Made by a program: the position numbers and the translations under genes. Positions 16,325 to 28,400 of a DNA stretch of 64,000 nt are shown piece after piece. The DNA comes from an uncultured Acidobacteriaceae bacterium (lineage in GTDB: Bacteria; Acidobacteriota; Terriglobia; Terriglobales; Acidobacteriaceae). Below the pieces are notes generated by a model that saw nothing but the letters and a program-made list of their open reading frames with translations, was not told the DNA's origin and did not search any database. Position 1 is the stretch's first letter, and each line of letters begins with the position of its first letter. Location of the stretch: NCBI GenBank assembly GCA_963709055.1, contig CAVPUZ010000024.1, forward strand, positions 2,882 to 66,881, written 5' to 3'.

Positions 16325-18385
16325 TCATTTCTTGCTCCAATCTTCTTTGTTGGGATCTTCTTTCCTGCGATCTTCCTTGACCGGCAACCGGTACGAGATC
16401 TTGAAACGGTAGGTTCTGCCGTCCTGCTGAATCGCCGCTTGCGTAAGCCCAGGACCAGCGGGCGAGTACCATCGCTGACTAAAGGCGTTGTAGCAACTGG
16501 CCGAGAATTGCCAATCTCTCCACAGAGGCTTGGTGGAAAACGTAGCGTTGGTGAGGAACGACGCGGGAACTTGAGTTCCCTGGTAACTGGTCTGGGAACT
16601 TGTATAGAGCAACTCCAGTCCTGCGAAGGCTCGATGCGAAGCCGGGATCGTGCCGTGCAGCTTGGCCAAATGCATGGGAGAGTTCGCCAGGCGCGCGCTT
16701 AGGAGCTCATCCAAGGCATCGGAAAATGTATAGCTGGCCTGGGCCGACAGACCAGACTCTCGCTTCGCCTCCAGTTCGAACTCGGCTCCGCGCCCCTCAT
16801 CGTGGCCGATGTTCACGAAGTGATTCAGGCCGCTTGCCGGATCGGGCACTTCGTCGATTAAATTCGAGAGGTTGTTGTAGAAGCCATCCGCGGTGACTCT
16901 CAGCCATGGTTTCGGGCTGTGTTCGAAAACCACTTCGTGCGATCCTATGTGTTCGGGCTCCAGGAGTTTGATGGGTGCCACGAGCGAAACACCGTCGGTG
17001 TAATAGTTTTCGTACGCATTGGGCGCGCGGAAAGCTCTGGCGAAAATATATTTGAGGGTGGTGCGCGAATTCGGCTGGTAGATCACGGCCGCACGCGGGC
17101 TGAGCGCGGTTCCGAAAATATCAAACCAGTCCAATCGCCCGCCCAGGCGGAAAGTCAGCTTGGGAAGGAAGTTCAACTCGGCCTCACCGTAAGTGGCCAC
17201 GAACCAAGGCGTGCGGGTGTCGTTAAAGCTGGGAGGCTGTCCGAGAGTGATGTTCTTCTGGTTGACTCGAAAACTATATTGGTACTCTGCTCCGAGGGTG
17301 ATTCGCTGGCGCCCGATCCGATGCCCCAGGTTGGCTTCGACTCCGATCCAGTCGGCACGCGCCGTTGTTAGAAAGCGGTATACGTTTCCGGCTTGGAGAA
17401 AGCCGCCTGTGCCGGTGTAGTTATAGTCATCGAAATGAGCCCGCAGATCGAGATCGGTCGCCGACGAAAGAGTCCGGTGATCGAAAACATCGACATAGGC
17501 GCCCGCATCGGTCCCGCGACTTCCGGGGTCGTTGAAAATCGTGCCATACGCCGCGGTTGGAATAGTCTTGGTTCGCGTTCCCCACTGTCCCTGGACGTGC
17601 AGTTCGCCATACTGCATGTCGGCGAAGGCGTCATCGTAGTGTTCTCCGTCGATGTTTTCAGCGATACCACCGTTGGTTCCGACGAATTCGGGGAAAAACA
17701 GTTTGGAAACTCCGGCGCTGCGGAACATGCTGCCCGAGACTAATCCCGACAATTTTCCCTTCTGGTAGGTGCCGGTCAGCCGTCCGCTCCGGCCCAGAAA
17801 GGAGCCCTCATCTCCCGAGGCTTCGATGGTTGTGGCGCCCTTTGGCCGGCGTGTGATGACGTTGATGACTCCGAAAACCGCATTGGTGCCGAATAGCGAA
17901 GAACTGGGTCCGCGGACGATCTCGATGTGGTCGATCAGATCCAGGTCAAGCGGGAACTCGGAGCCGATGGGCGCGCTGTCATAAACGTTGTCATTCAGGC
18001 GATGGCCGTTGATCAGCAGCAGAATGCGGGAGTTGTAATCGCCGGGCCGCTGAATTCCGCGCACCCCGAGATAGGTGTAGTCGCGATCGTAGGAGGTGTA
18101 GAACCCGCGCAGACTGTTGAGAATGTCGCCGAGCGTGCGCCAGCCGTATCGGGCGATGTCATCCGACGTCACGATGCTGACCGACGATGGAGCCTCCCGA
18201 GTGTCTTCCAGGTGCCGGGATGCGCTGAAAACCTTGGTTTTGGCCAGATCTTCGATGCTCAACGACATTAGATCCTGATCGGGTGGGACTTGCGCGCGTG
18301 CCAGCCCGGCCACCAATAGCAAGAAGGGAAGAAGAGCTATGCATATCGAGAGCCGGAGAATCCCAAAAGCAGAGCGCCGAGACAT
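16325..18385 (-). CDS. TonB-dependent outer-membrane receptor
   Basis: 686-aa ORF with a signal peptide, a plug domain (VSIVTSDDIARYGWRTLGDILNSLRGFY, IEIVRGPSSSLFGTNAVFGVINVITR) and a beta-barrel region with a terminal aromatic motif. Confidence 0.9.
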   Translation of the reverse strand: MSRRSAFGILRLSICIALLPFLLLVAGLARAQVPPDQDLMSLSIEDLAKTKVFSASRHLEDTREAPSSVSIVTSDDIARYGWRTLGDILNSLRGFYTSYDRDYTYLGVRGIQRPGDYNSRILLLINGHRLNDNVYDSAPIGSEFPLDLDLIDHIEIVRGPSSSLFGTNAVFGVINVITRRPKGATTIEASGDEGSFLGRSGRLTGTYQKGKLSGLVSGSMFRSAGVSKLFFPEFVGTNGGIAENIDGEHYDDAFADMQYGELHVQGQWGTRTKTIPTAAYGTIFNDPGSRGTDAGAYVDVFDHRTLSSATDLDLRAHFDDYNYTGTGGFLQAGNVYRFLTTARADWIGVEANLGHRIGRQRITLGAEYQYSFRVNQKNITLGQPPSFNDTRTPWFVATYGEAELNFLPKLTFRLGGRLDWFDIFGTALSPRAAVIYQPNSRTTLKYIFARAFRAPNAYENYYTDGVSLVAPIKLLEPEHIGSHEVVFEHSPKPWLRVTADGFYNNLSNLIDEVPDPASGLNHFVNIGHDEGRGAEFELEAKRESGLSAQASYTFSDALDELLSARLANSPMHLAKLHGTIPASHRAFAGLELLYTSSQTSYQGTQVPASFLTNATFSTKPLWRDWQFSASCYNAFSQRWYSPAGPGLTQAAIQQDGRTYRFKISYRLPVKEDRRKEDPNKEDWSKK

Positions 18386-18564
18386 AGCCTAGTGATCGGC
18401 ATTTGTGGCAGAAAAATGAGAACGCGAAGTATCGAAGCTGCACAGAACTCGGGTTCCGCAAGAAGTAGACGTTCGAAGGGGTGGACCTTCGTAATCGAGC
18501 GGAGCGAGGTTTATCGTTCATCCGCCCACTTGGCGTGGTCGATCTAGTAAAAGACGGCTCCGCT

Positions 18565-21500
18565 ATGCCACTGAGCCAATTACTGCAAAGGTCATCCGGT
18601 GAGTTGCAGGCTGAACTGCAGCTCATCCTGAATGCCGTCGTCGAGGGGCTTTGCGGGGTGGACGCGCAGGGAAATGCAACATTCTGCAATGACGCTCTAT
18701 TAAGGATGACCGGCTATCGGAGCGAAGAGCTGATCGGAAACAATCTCCACGCCTTGTTGCATCACAGCCGGCCGCGATGGAACGAAGTACCCGGAGGAGG
18801 AGTGCGGCCTGCGCAAGGCGCTGGATGCCTGCCAGGAAATTCATGCGGTGGGTGAGCTTCTCTGGCGCAAGGACGGAAGTAGTTTTCCGCGGAATACTGG
18901 GCGCATCCTCTGCGGCAGCCCTCGAGCCTGACTGCCTCGGTAATCACGATTCAGGACATCAGCGAACGCGAGCGGGCGATCGAAGCGTTGCGAGCCAGTG
19001 AAGAGCGCTTTCGGCAGATCAGCAACAACATCGACCAGGCGTTTTATCTGGTGGACGTGATCGCGGACCGCATGGTTTACGCGAGCCCCGCTTTCGAGAC
19101 CATCACGGGACACAGTTGCCAGGAGGTCATGCGAGGCGCCTTCGCCGTGGCGCAATCTTGCAGTTCCCGAGCATCGAGAAAGAGTGATCTGCGGACTATC
19201 TTCGGCTGGTGGCTGGCCAGGAGACGCGCAGCGAATATCAGATCCGGCATGGCGACGGTTCGACGCGCTGGATCAAGGACCATGCCAAGCCCATCTGCGG
19301 CGCGAACGGCGAGGTTTCGATGTTCGCTGGAGTGGCCGAAGACATCACCGAGATACATGAGGCTAGAGACACCCTGCAGCCGAGCGAGGAGAAGTTTCGC
19401 AGAATTCTGACCAGCATCCCGGACGTGGCCTGGACATCGGACCGGGAGCGCCGGACGACCTATGTGAGTCCGAAGGTGGAGGCGGTTCTTGGGTACACGA
19501 AGGAGGAATTCTGCGCCGCCGGCGGGAATCTCCGGTCGGGTCTGATTCACCCTGAGGATTTTGGCCGCGTGAATCGGGGCTATCGTGCTCTTTTTGAAAA
19601 GCAGAGCGCCTTTGACGAGGAATATCGCATCCGCCGAAAAGATGGAACATGGATCTGGATTCACGATCGCGCTACCGGCACCCACGAGGAAGATGGAGTT
19701 CTGTATGCGGACGGAGTTTTCAGCGATATCACAGAGCGCAAACAGGCGGAGGCCGAACTGCAGATCGAAAACGGCATTTCTGGAGGCGCAGGCGAACTCG
19801 ACGATCGATGGCATTCTGGTGGTGGCCGGCAACGGCCAACGGCTCATGCAGAACCAGAGGTTCATGGAACTGTTCCAAATCCCGCCCGAGATTGTGGCCA
19901 ACCAAGAGGACGATGCCCCTTGCTGCAGCACGTGGTCTCGCTCATCAAGGATCCCGAATCCTTCGTGGCCAAAATCAAACACCTCTACCGACATCCCAGT
20001 GAGACCAGTCGCGACGAAATTGAGTTGAAGGATGGAAGGGTCCTGGATCGCTATTCGGCTCCCGTCGTCGATAAGAGGGCAGATACTACGGGCGGATCTG
20101 GACTTTTCGCGACATCACCGAGCGAAAACGCAATGAGGACATGCTGCGGCAATTGTCCACGGCGGTCGAGCAGAGCCCGGTATCGGTGGTCATCACTGAC
20201 CCGCAAGGCCACATCAGCTACGTGAATCGGAAATTCACGGAGGTGACGGGATATCAGGCGGAAGAGGTTCTGGGGAAGAATCCGCGCATCCTGAATTCGG
20301 GACGAACTTCACCCGAGGTGTACCGGAATCTGTGGTCCACCATTCACGCAAGGGCAGGAGTGGCGCGGCGAACTTTGCAACAAGAAAAAGAATGGGGAGC
20401 TCTACTGGGAAGTGGCCACGATTCGACCGATCACGGATGCCAAGGGCGCCATCACCCATTACCTGGCCATCAAGGAGGACATCACCGAGCGCCGGCGGGC
20501 GGAGCAGGAGCTGCGGCGCAGCGAAGCCCATCTGGCCGAAGCACAGAAGGTGAGCCACGTCGGCAGTTGGGTTTGGAGCGTTGCCAAGAAGGAGATCGTC
20601 TACTGGTCGGACGAACACTATCGGATTTTCGGCATGGAGCCTGGGAAAGGAACGGCACCGTTACGACAATCTCAGGAAAAGATTCACCCTGAGGATTTGC
20701 CCCGCTTCCATCGCCTCATCAATGAATTGCTGGCTCAGAAAAAGGACTATGAAGCGGACTTTCGAATTGTGCTCTCGGATGGATCGGTAAGAAACCTCCG
20801 CAGTGCCGGGCACCCGGTCGTCAACGAAAGCGGTGACCTCGTCGAGTTCGTGGGCACGTGCATGGATATGACCGAGCGCAAGCGCGCGGAGGAGGAACTG
20901 CAAGGGTCGCGGCAGATGCTGCAGTCCATTCTGGACGCCATTCCGCAACGCGTCTTCTGGAAAGACCGGAACAGCACCTATTTGGGCTGCAATCGGGCTT
21001 TTGCGACCGATGCGGGGTTAGAGGCGCCCTCCGCGATTATCGGCAAGAACGACTTTGATCTGGCCTGGGCGGGCACGGCTGAAGCTTATCGCGCCGACGA
21101 CAAACTGGTAATCGAGACAGGATCGGCCAAGCTCAACTTTGAAGAACGCCAGAGTCGGCCCGACGGAAGCGTGCTGTGGCTGCAGACGAACAAACTGCCC
21201 CTGCGGGACCGGGACGGCAAGGTGACGGGCATCCTCGGCACTTATGAAGACGTTACAAAGCGCAAGGAGACAGAGCAAACGTTGCAGAGGAGCGAAGAGA
21301 AATTCCGCCAATTGGCGGAAAACATCCATGAAGTGTTTTGGATGATGTCCCCGACAGCCGACGAGATTCTCTATGTCAGCCCGGCGTATGAGCAGGTGTG
21401 GGGCCGGACGTGCGAGAGCCTCTATCGGAATCCCATGGCATGGATAGAGGCGATCCATCCCGATGACATGGAACGCGCCCATGCGTTATTTGCGAGGCAG

Positions 21501-22858
21501 ATGCAAGGCGAACGGGTGGAATCAGAATATCGCATACGAACACCCGACGGGCAGGAGAAATGGATTTCGGATCGGGCCTTTCCCATTCGCGACAAGGACG
21601 GGCAAATCATCCGGGTGGTTGGCATCGCGGAGGAGACAACCGAACGCAAGCGGGCGGACAAGGAACTGCGGCTGACGCAAGTATTCGCTGGAGAACTGCC
21701 TCGGACGCAGTGTTCTGGATTGACCACAAGCCCGCATCGTCTATGCCAACGAGGCGGCTAGCCGCTCTTTGGGACGTTCCCGCGAGGAACTTCTTTCGCT
21801 ATCGGTGCCGGATATCGATCCGCTCTTTCCCAAAGGAAGCGTGGCGCAGCATTGTGGGAAGAACTCAAAACCCGGGGCTCAAAGACTTTTGAAACGCAGC
21901 ACAAAACCAAAGACGGGCGGGTCTTTCCGGTGGAGGTGACGGCGAACTATCTGGAGTTCGACGGGCAGGAATACGGCTTCGCCTTCGTGCGCGACATCAC
22001 CGAGCGCCGCGCGCTGGAAAGCCAGCTTCGGCATGCGCAAAAGCTCGAAGGGATTGGCCAGTTGGCGGCCGGCATCGCCCACGAAATCAATACGCCCACG
22101 CAGTTCGTCGCCGACAATCTTACGTTCCTGCGTGATTCGTGGAAGGCGACGCACGAACTGCTGGAACAGTACCGCAGTGCGATTCGAAATGCGGCAGGGA
22201 CACTGCCGGAGGGCATAGCTGCAGCCCTCAACGAGGCGGAACGAAACTGCGATCTGGAATTTATTGTCGAGGAGGTGCCGCGCGCCATCGACCAGGGTCT
22301 GGATGGAGCGCACCGGGTGGCCAGGATTGTCCGCGCCATGAAGGAGTTTTCTCACCCCGACTCGGCCGAAAAGACGGCCACCGATCTCAACCGCGCCATC
22401 GAGTCCACCATCACCGTGGCGCGCAACGAGTGGAAATATGTCGCCGAGGTGGTCACCGAACTCGATGAAACGCTACCCCGGTCGTGTGCTATCCCGGCGA
22501 TATCAACCAGGTCATCCTGAACTTGTTGGTGAATGCCGCCCATGCCATCAAAGACAAGGTCAAGGATGGCGACAAGGGACAGATTACGGTGGGCACGCGG
22601 ACGCGCGGCGAGTTCGTGCAGATCTCGGTGACCGACACCGGTTCCGGCATTCCGGAAGCGATCCGCACAAGAATTTTTGATCCGTTCTTCACGACCAAGG
22701 AGGTCGGCAAAGGAACCGGGCAAGGCCTCTCGCTGGCGCACACCGTCGTCGTGAAGAAACACTCCGGAAAAATCTGGTTCGAGACTGAGATGGGCGTAGG
22801 TACCACCTTCTTCATCGATCTGCCGATCCAGGCGGCCGACCAGGGAAAGGAGAATTGA
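18565..22858 (+). pseudogene. very large multi-PAS (about nine PAS/PAC modules) sensor histidine kinase, fragmented by roughly a dozen frame changes
   Basis: Consecutive pieces of one protein are spread over ORFs 18481-18855, 18988-19410, 19209-20225, 19585-20028, 20141-20692, 20412-21761, 21560-21892, 21852-22520 and 22484-22858. PAC ends of the form DITERK(R/Q)AE recur throughout. The kinase core is RHAQKLEGIGQLAAGIAHEINTP, NLLVNAAHA, DTGSGIP, GKGTGQGL. Start is the ATG at 18565 (MPLSQLLQ). Confidence 0.85.
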
Positions 22859-24087
22859 TGCCCAAGCGACTGCTCTTTGTCGATGACGAGGCCATGATCC
22901 TGGATGGCCTGCGGCGCGCTTTGCATGGCATGCGGGGTGAGTGGGAGATGCATTTCGTCGATAGCGCTGCCGCCGCGCTGCAGGCGTTGGACAAGCAGGC
23001 GTATGACGCCATCGTCACGGATATGCGCATGCCCCTGATGGACGGCGCACAACTGCTGGAAGCGGTCAAACAACGGCACCCGGAAATGATCCGCATGGTG
23101 CTTTCGGGGCAGTCGAGCCGGGCAGCCGTTCTCCGCTCCATATCGCCCGCTCATCAGTTTCTGTCAAAGCCTTGCGACCCCAAGGAACTGGTGCTTCGGC
23201 TCGGCGCAGGCCTTTGCCATGCGCGATCTTCTCGCGAATCAATCTCTCAAGACGATTGTCTCGCGCTTGCGATCGATCCCGAGCCTGCCGACCCTCTACG
23301 AGGAACTGACGGCGGCGTTGCGTTTGGAAGACCCGTCGCTCGCGCAAATCGAACGCATCATTTCGAAGGATGTAGCGATGGCGGCCAAGATCCTGCAACT
23401 GGCGAATTCGGCGTTCATTGGCAGTTGCGGACGGGTTTCGAACCTGCTGCAAGCGGTGTCTTTGATTGGCACCGAGACGGTGCGCACACTGGTGTTGTCG
23501 GTCCACGTGTTTTCGCAGTTCGACGGCCATTCCGAGGTTGCCGCTTACCTGCCGGCGCTATGGGAGCACAGTGTGGCCACTGCATCGCTGGCGCAGCGCA
23601 TCGCCACGTGCAGAGAGCTGCCCGAAGCCCATGGTGGAGGAGAGTTTCACGGCAGGATTGCTGCACGATATCGGGAAGGTGGTTCTGCTCGCGGAGATGC
23701 CCCGCGAGTACCGTCCTATTCTGCAGAGCAAACCCGGCGCGACGGTGGCCCTCGAACTTGAGCATCTGGGTTGTACACACGCGCAAGTTGGCGCCTACTT
23801 GATGAGCGTCTGGGGCCTTCCCGTACCTCTGGTGCATGCCGTTGTCTTTCACCATTGCCCTGGGGAAAGCGCGGAGACGCAGTTTTCCTCGCTGACTGCG
23901 GTCCACGCCGCCGACGCCATCGTCGAGCGCGGGCGACGCGTCACTGCTGAACCGCGATAGCGAGCTGGACCTACCCTATCTGGAGCGCCTCGGGCTGGGC
24001 GCGCGCGTCGCTCTCTGGCGCAGTTTTCATGAAGGGCAAGCCGCGCCAACGTTGGTTCCTAAAGGCGAGCCTGGCAGCAGCCGATGA
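22858..24087 (+). pseudogene. response regulator receiver + HDOD domain protein, three frame changes
   Basis: The REC domain (LLFVDDEAMILDGL...VTDMRMPLMDG...FLSKPC) is in ORF 22855-23802. The HDOD part (LPTLYEELTAAL...IISKDVAMAAKILQLANSAF) is in ORF 23219-23761. FTAGLLHDIGKVVLL...HAQVGAYLMSVWGLP is in ORF 23466-23960. The tail ELDLPYLERLGLGARVALW returns to the first frame and ends at TGA 24085-24087. The start overlaps the upstream kinase stop (TTGATG). Confidence 0.8.
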
Positions 24088-24235
24088 TGTTATGGAGTGG
24101 TTCCATTTCTGCTAAAACGCTGCGCCGAGTATAAGAATCCTGACTGGTCGTGGACGAGCGTACGACTGGGAAGATCGGCTGTCATTTCGGCAAGACTACG
24201 CAAGAAATCGCTAGGAAGTGGGAAAGGGAGGTGCC

Positions 24236-25388
24236 ATGGCTGAGAAAATCCTTCTCGTGGACGACGATAGCAACATCCTCGACGGGTATCGGCGCATTTT
24301 ATGCCGCGAATTTCATATCGAGACGGCCACCGGCGGCGAACAAGGCCTCAGACTCGTCGCGGAGGCAGGCCCTTACGCGGTCGTGGTTTCCGACATGCGA
24401 ATGCCTGGCATGGATGGCATCCAGCTTCTGAGCAGCATCAAAGCTCAATCGCCCAACACCGTACGCGTCATGCTTACCGGCAACGCGGACATGGACACGG
24501 CCATCGATGCCATCAACGAGGGCAATATCTTCCGCTTTCTGAACAAGCCCTGCAGCAAGGAAATGATGGCAAAGACCTTGACGGCCGCGCTGGTGCAGTA
24601 CCGGCTGGTCACCGCCGAAAATCAACTGCTGGAAGAAACCCTCAGCGGCAGTATTCAAGTCCTCACGGAAGTACTGAGCCTGGTCAATCCCGCCGCGTTC
24701 AGCCGCGCCGAGCGCGCCCGCCGTTACATCCACCATATCGTGACCGCGATGAAGCTGGGAAACCCCTGGCAATACGAGGTTGCCGCCATGATGTCCCAAC
24801 TCGGTTGCGTCACTCTGGCTGCGGAGACGATCGAGGCGGTATACAGCGGCGAGAAACTTTCCGCGAACGAGCAGGCGCAATATGACGCGCACCCGAGCGT
24901 GGCCTATGGTCTGCTTTCGAAGATCCCCCGGCTGGAGCCGATCGCGTGGATGATCGAGCACCAGAACCGCCCCTTCCGCGAAGTCGACGACCGGGCAGAC
25001 ATGCGGCTGGGAGCCGAAATACTCCGCCTGACTCTGGCTTATGAACAACTCATCCACAAGGGAAGGTCGCGAACCGAGGCAGCGCATCTTCTAGCCAGTC
25101 AAAATAAACAATTCAGTCCGGAGTTTTTTGAGGCTCTGGTGACATTGGATCCGAATGCCGAAGAGGGCGAAATACAGAAGTGCCGCATTGAATTGCTGGC
25201 GCCGGGCATGATCATTCAGGAGGAAGTGCGCTCGGCGGAGGGAACTGCTTGTCGTCTCCAAAGGTCAGGAAGTTACCCCCCCGCTCATACTCAAGCTCAA
25301 GAACTTGCAGGCCAGGCGAGTGATCGCAGGGGAGGTAACCGTTTCCTCGCCTACCACTACGCTAAGTTTTGTGAAAGGCGCTTCGTAA
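24236..25388 (+). pseudogene. response regulator receiver with degenerate HD/HD-GYP-like output domain, one frame change near 25240
   Basis: The REC domain reads ILLVDDDSNILDGY...VSDMRMPGMDG...FLNKPC. The C-terminal helical domain resembles RpfG-type outputs, but I saw no HD or GYP motif. After the GGG run near 25240 the frame shifts to ...ELLVVSKGQEVTPPLILKLKNLQ...KGAS, with the stop at 25386-25388. Confidence 0.65.
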
Positions 25389-25494
25389 GAGGCTGCGGAT
25401 TGGCGCCCCCCGGCCGCTGAAGCGCGAATCTATTTTCAGCGACCTGGCGGCCCGAGGGAACTGGTGCCCTTTCCCTTCTCGAAGACAGGAAGAT

Positions 25495-28400
25495 CTACTG
25501 CCGCGGTTTTTCCTCGTCATGCAATGGCAGCCGAACATAGAAGGTGGTTCCCTTGCCAACTTCAGTCGTGAAGGTGAGGCTGCCACCGTGCCTGTCGACT
25601 ACAACCGAGCGAGCGATCGCTAACCCCTGGCCTGTCCCTTTGCCGCTCTCTTTGGTCGTGAAGAAGGGATCGAAGATTTTGTCGCGAATCTTTTCCGGGA
25701 TACCACAGCCGGTGTCGGAAATGGAGATCAAGACGGCATCTTGCTCGCAGTGAAGTGCGAACCCGTATGACGCCCTTCTGGTCAGTTCCCTTGTTTGCAT
25801 CGCCGATCGCATGGGCGGCATTGATGAGCAGGTTGAGAAAAACCTGGTTCACCTCACCGATGTTGCAAATGACCAGCGGCAGGGCAGCCAGTTCTGTCTC
25901 CACATCGGCGACATACTTCAATTCATTGCGTGCCACGGTCAGCGTGCTGAGTAGGGCTTCGTTGATATCGGTGGCCGACTTTTCTTTTCCGTCAGGGTGG
26001 GCAAACGCCTTCATGGCGTGCACCAGTGTGGCTACGCGCGTTACGCCATCCAGGGATTGTGCGATGGCTCTGGGAATTTCCTCCACCAGGTATCCAATGT
26101 CCACCGTCTTCTCGGTTTCGGCCACTTCCTGCTCGAACGCCTGCACTGGTCCGCCGCTAGCCGACTGTTGCCGGAGGCGTTGATACTTTTCCAGTACTTT
26201 GATCATGTCGGCGAAGGCATCGCGCAGGAAACGAGTGTTATCCCCAACAAACTGAATTGGAGTATTGATCTCATGGGCAATGCCCGCGGCCAGGCTGCCC
26301 ACAGCCTCAAGCTTCTGGGCATGACGCAGCTCGACCTCAAGCCGGTTGCGCTCGGTTACGTCCTGAGCGATGGAGAGACAAGCCTTGTGACCATCGTAGT
26401 CAAGATAATGGAAGTGAATCTCCACGTCGATGATGCGGCCATCCTTGCTGCGATGCTTCCACTGTCCCGCTGGGCCTTCGGTCGACTGGGACTTGCGTAG
26501 ATATGTCTTGTACCGTTCCACCTCCTCGGCAGACCGAATATCTGTCGTCTTCATCCCCAAGAATTCATCCCGGCTGTATCCGTATTGTTGCAGCGCGGCC
26601 TGATTTATTTCGAGAAAGTCGAGGGTCGCGAGATCGAATACGAAGGCCGGATGCGGAATGGTTGCGAAGAGCAAGCGGGAGCGCTCTTCGCTTTGTTGCA
26701 GGGCTTCTTCGGCGCGTTGGCGATCGAGCAACGGGCCGATCTGGCTGGCGATGGCCATCAGCATTTGCAGGATCTGCTCGTCTGGCTGCTCAACCTCGCG
26801 GCTGAACAACTGCATCACGCTGAGCACAACGCCGCCAGATAGTATGGGAAAGGTGACCGCGGTATGCAAACCCCAATCGGCCGCAATTTTCATCGGGCCA
26901 TCGAGTGGAGTTATGTCGGGAATCCAGAGGGGTTGGCGGCTGCTCCAAACGCTGCCCGCGATTCCAGCACCGGGAGAGAATGTAAGCTCGCGCTGGGCCG
27001 CTACCAAGCCCGCGAGATTGAGCGCCGACTCGTGCCAGCTTTCAACCCAGCACAAGAGGTTGGTTTTTCGGTCCACTCCCCAAAGGACGCCGCAATCCCA
27101 GCCCAAAACGTCGCACAAAGACTGAAGAATCGAGGGCGCTGCATCATGCAGCGTTTTATATTCAGCCAACGCCCGCGCCGTTTCATATTGAACTCTGAGA
27201 CTTTCTTCCACCCGCTTGCGGCCGGTGATGTCGGAAACAATTCCATCGGCATACAGGATGCCGTCGCGCACGTAGGTAGTCAGCGCGCGGTCGCGTACCC
27301 AGATCCACTCACCGTTCTTACGTCGTACCCGGCATTCGACATCATAGGCTTCGCCTTTTCGGAAAAGCGCCCGGAAGCCTTCTTTCACCTTGTCAATGTC
27401 GTCAGGGTGGATAGACGCAAAGAAGAGGCGGGAGCCGAGCGTGAAGATGTCCGTCGTGGCAAACCCGCTTAGCCTCTCAATGTTGGGGCTGATATAGGCG
27501 AAATTCCCCTTGGCGTCCGCGGTCCAAATTACGTCAGGGATATTACAAACCAGGGAACGGTATCGCTCCTCGGATGCTTCCAATGCTTGCTCGGCGTGCT
27601 TGCGCTCGGCGAGATGCGCCGTCAGCAAACATGTGAGCAGCAGCCCTGCCAGGAGCGCCGTCCAGCTGCTCCAGCGCACCGGCTGGAAGCTTTTGCCAAG
27701 TGAGTAAGCGACGAGCTCCCATGTGCGGCCTGCCACCGAAATTGTTCGCGTGGCCCTGAAAACGTCGGGGATGTCCTGGACGCCATCGAGGTGGGCGCCC
27801 TTCGGATAAAGCAGTCTTTCTCCCTGGTTGGCGTTGCGGTCGAAGATCGCCAGGTTAAGGTTTGGAGCGGAACTCGAAGCGATGCCAGCCTTATCGACGA
27901 TGTCCCCAACGCGAAAGACTGCGAGGGCAAACCCGATCAATGCCGCTCGCCGTAGCTCGGCGCTGGACGGTTCCATCCCCCCTCCCTGGTAAACCGGGCG
28001 GAAAACGAGGAAGCCGTACTGGTCGGAGGTTTCCTGCACGAGCTTGATCCGGCTAGTAGCGGCCAAGTGGCCGGAATCTGCCGAACTCAAGAGTGCTGTA
28101 CGACGGACGGGATCGGATGCGAGGTCGAAGCCCAAGGCTTTTTCGTTGCCTTTGAGCGGAGCAACGAAGAAAACAGGGAAGTACTCATCGCGCTCGCCTG
28201 CTCTGGCCATTTGCTGGGGCGAAATACGCTCTGTAAATTGGAACGACCGCAAGCCATCGTGGCGCGCATCGTTCTCGTACTGCTGCCGCCAGCGTTTCGG
28301 TACCCTTGGAATCCATTCCAGGGCCTGAATCGCGTGATTCTGCGCCAGCAAAGGTGCCGCGAAGCGGTCGAACTCGTCCCGGTTTGTATCGAGCGACACA

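Noticed and set aside
18566-18578. GCCACTG (B12-box-like) sequence near the TonB-dependent receptor
   Set aside because: It lies on the plus strand inside the first codons of the kinase gene, not in the 5' leader of the minus-strand receptor. The other conserved cobalamin-riboswitch elements are not visible in 18386-18564.
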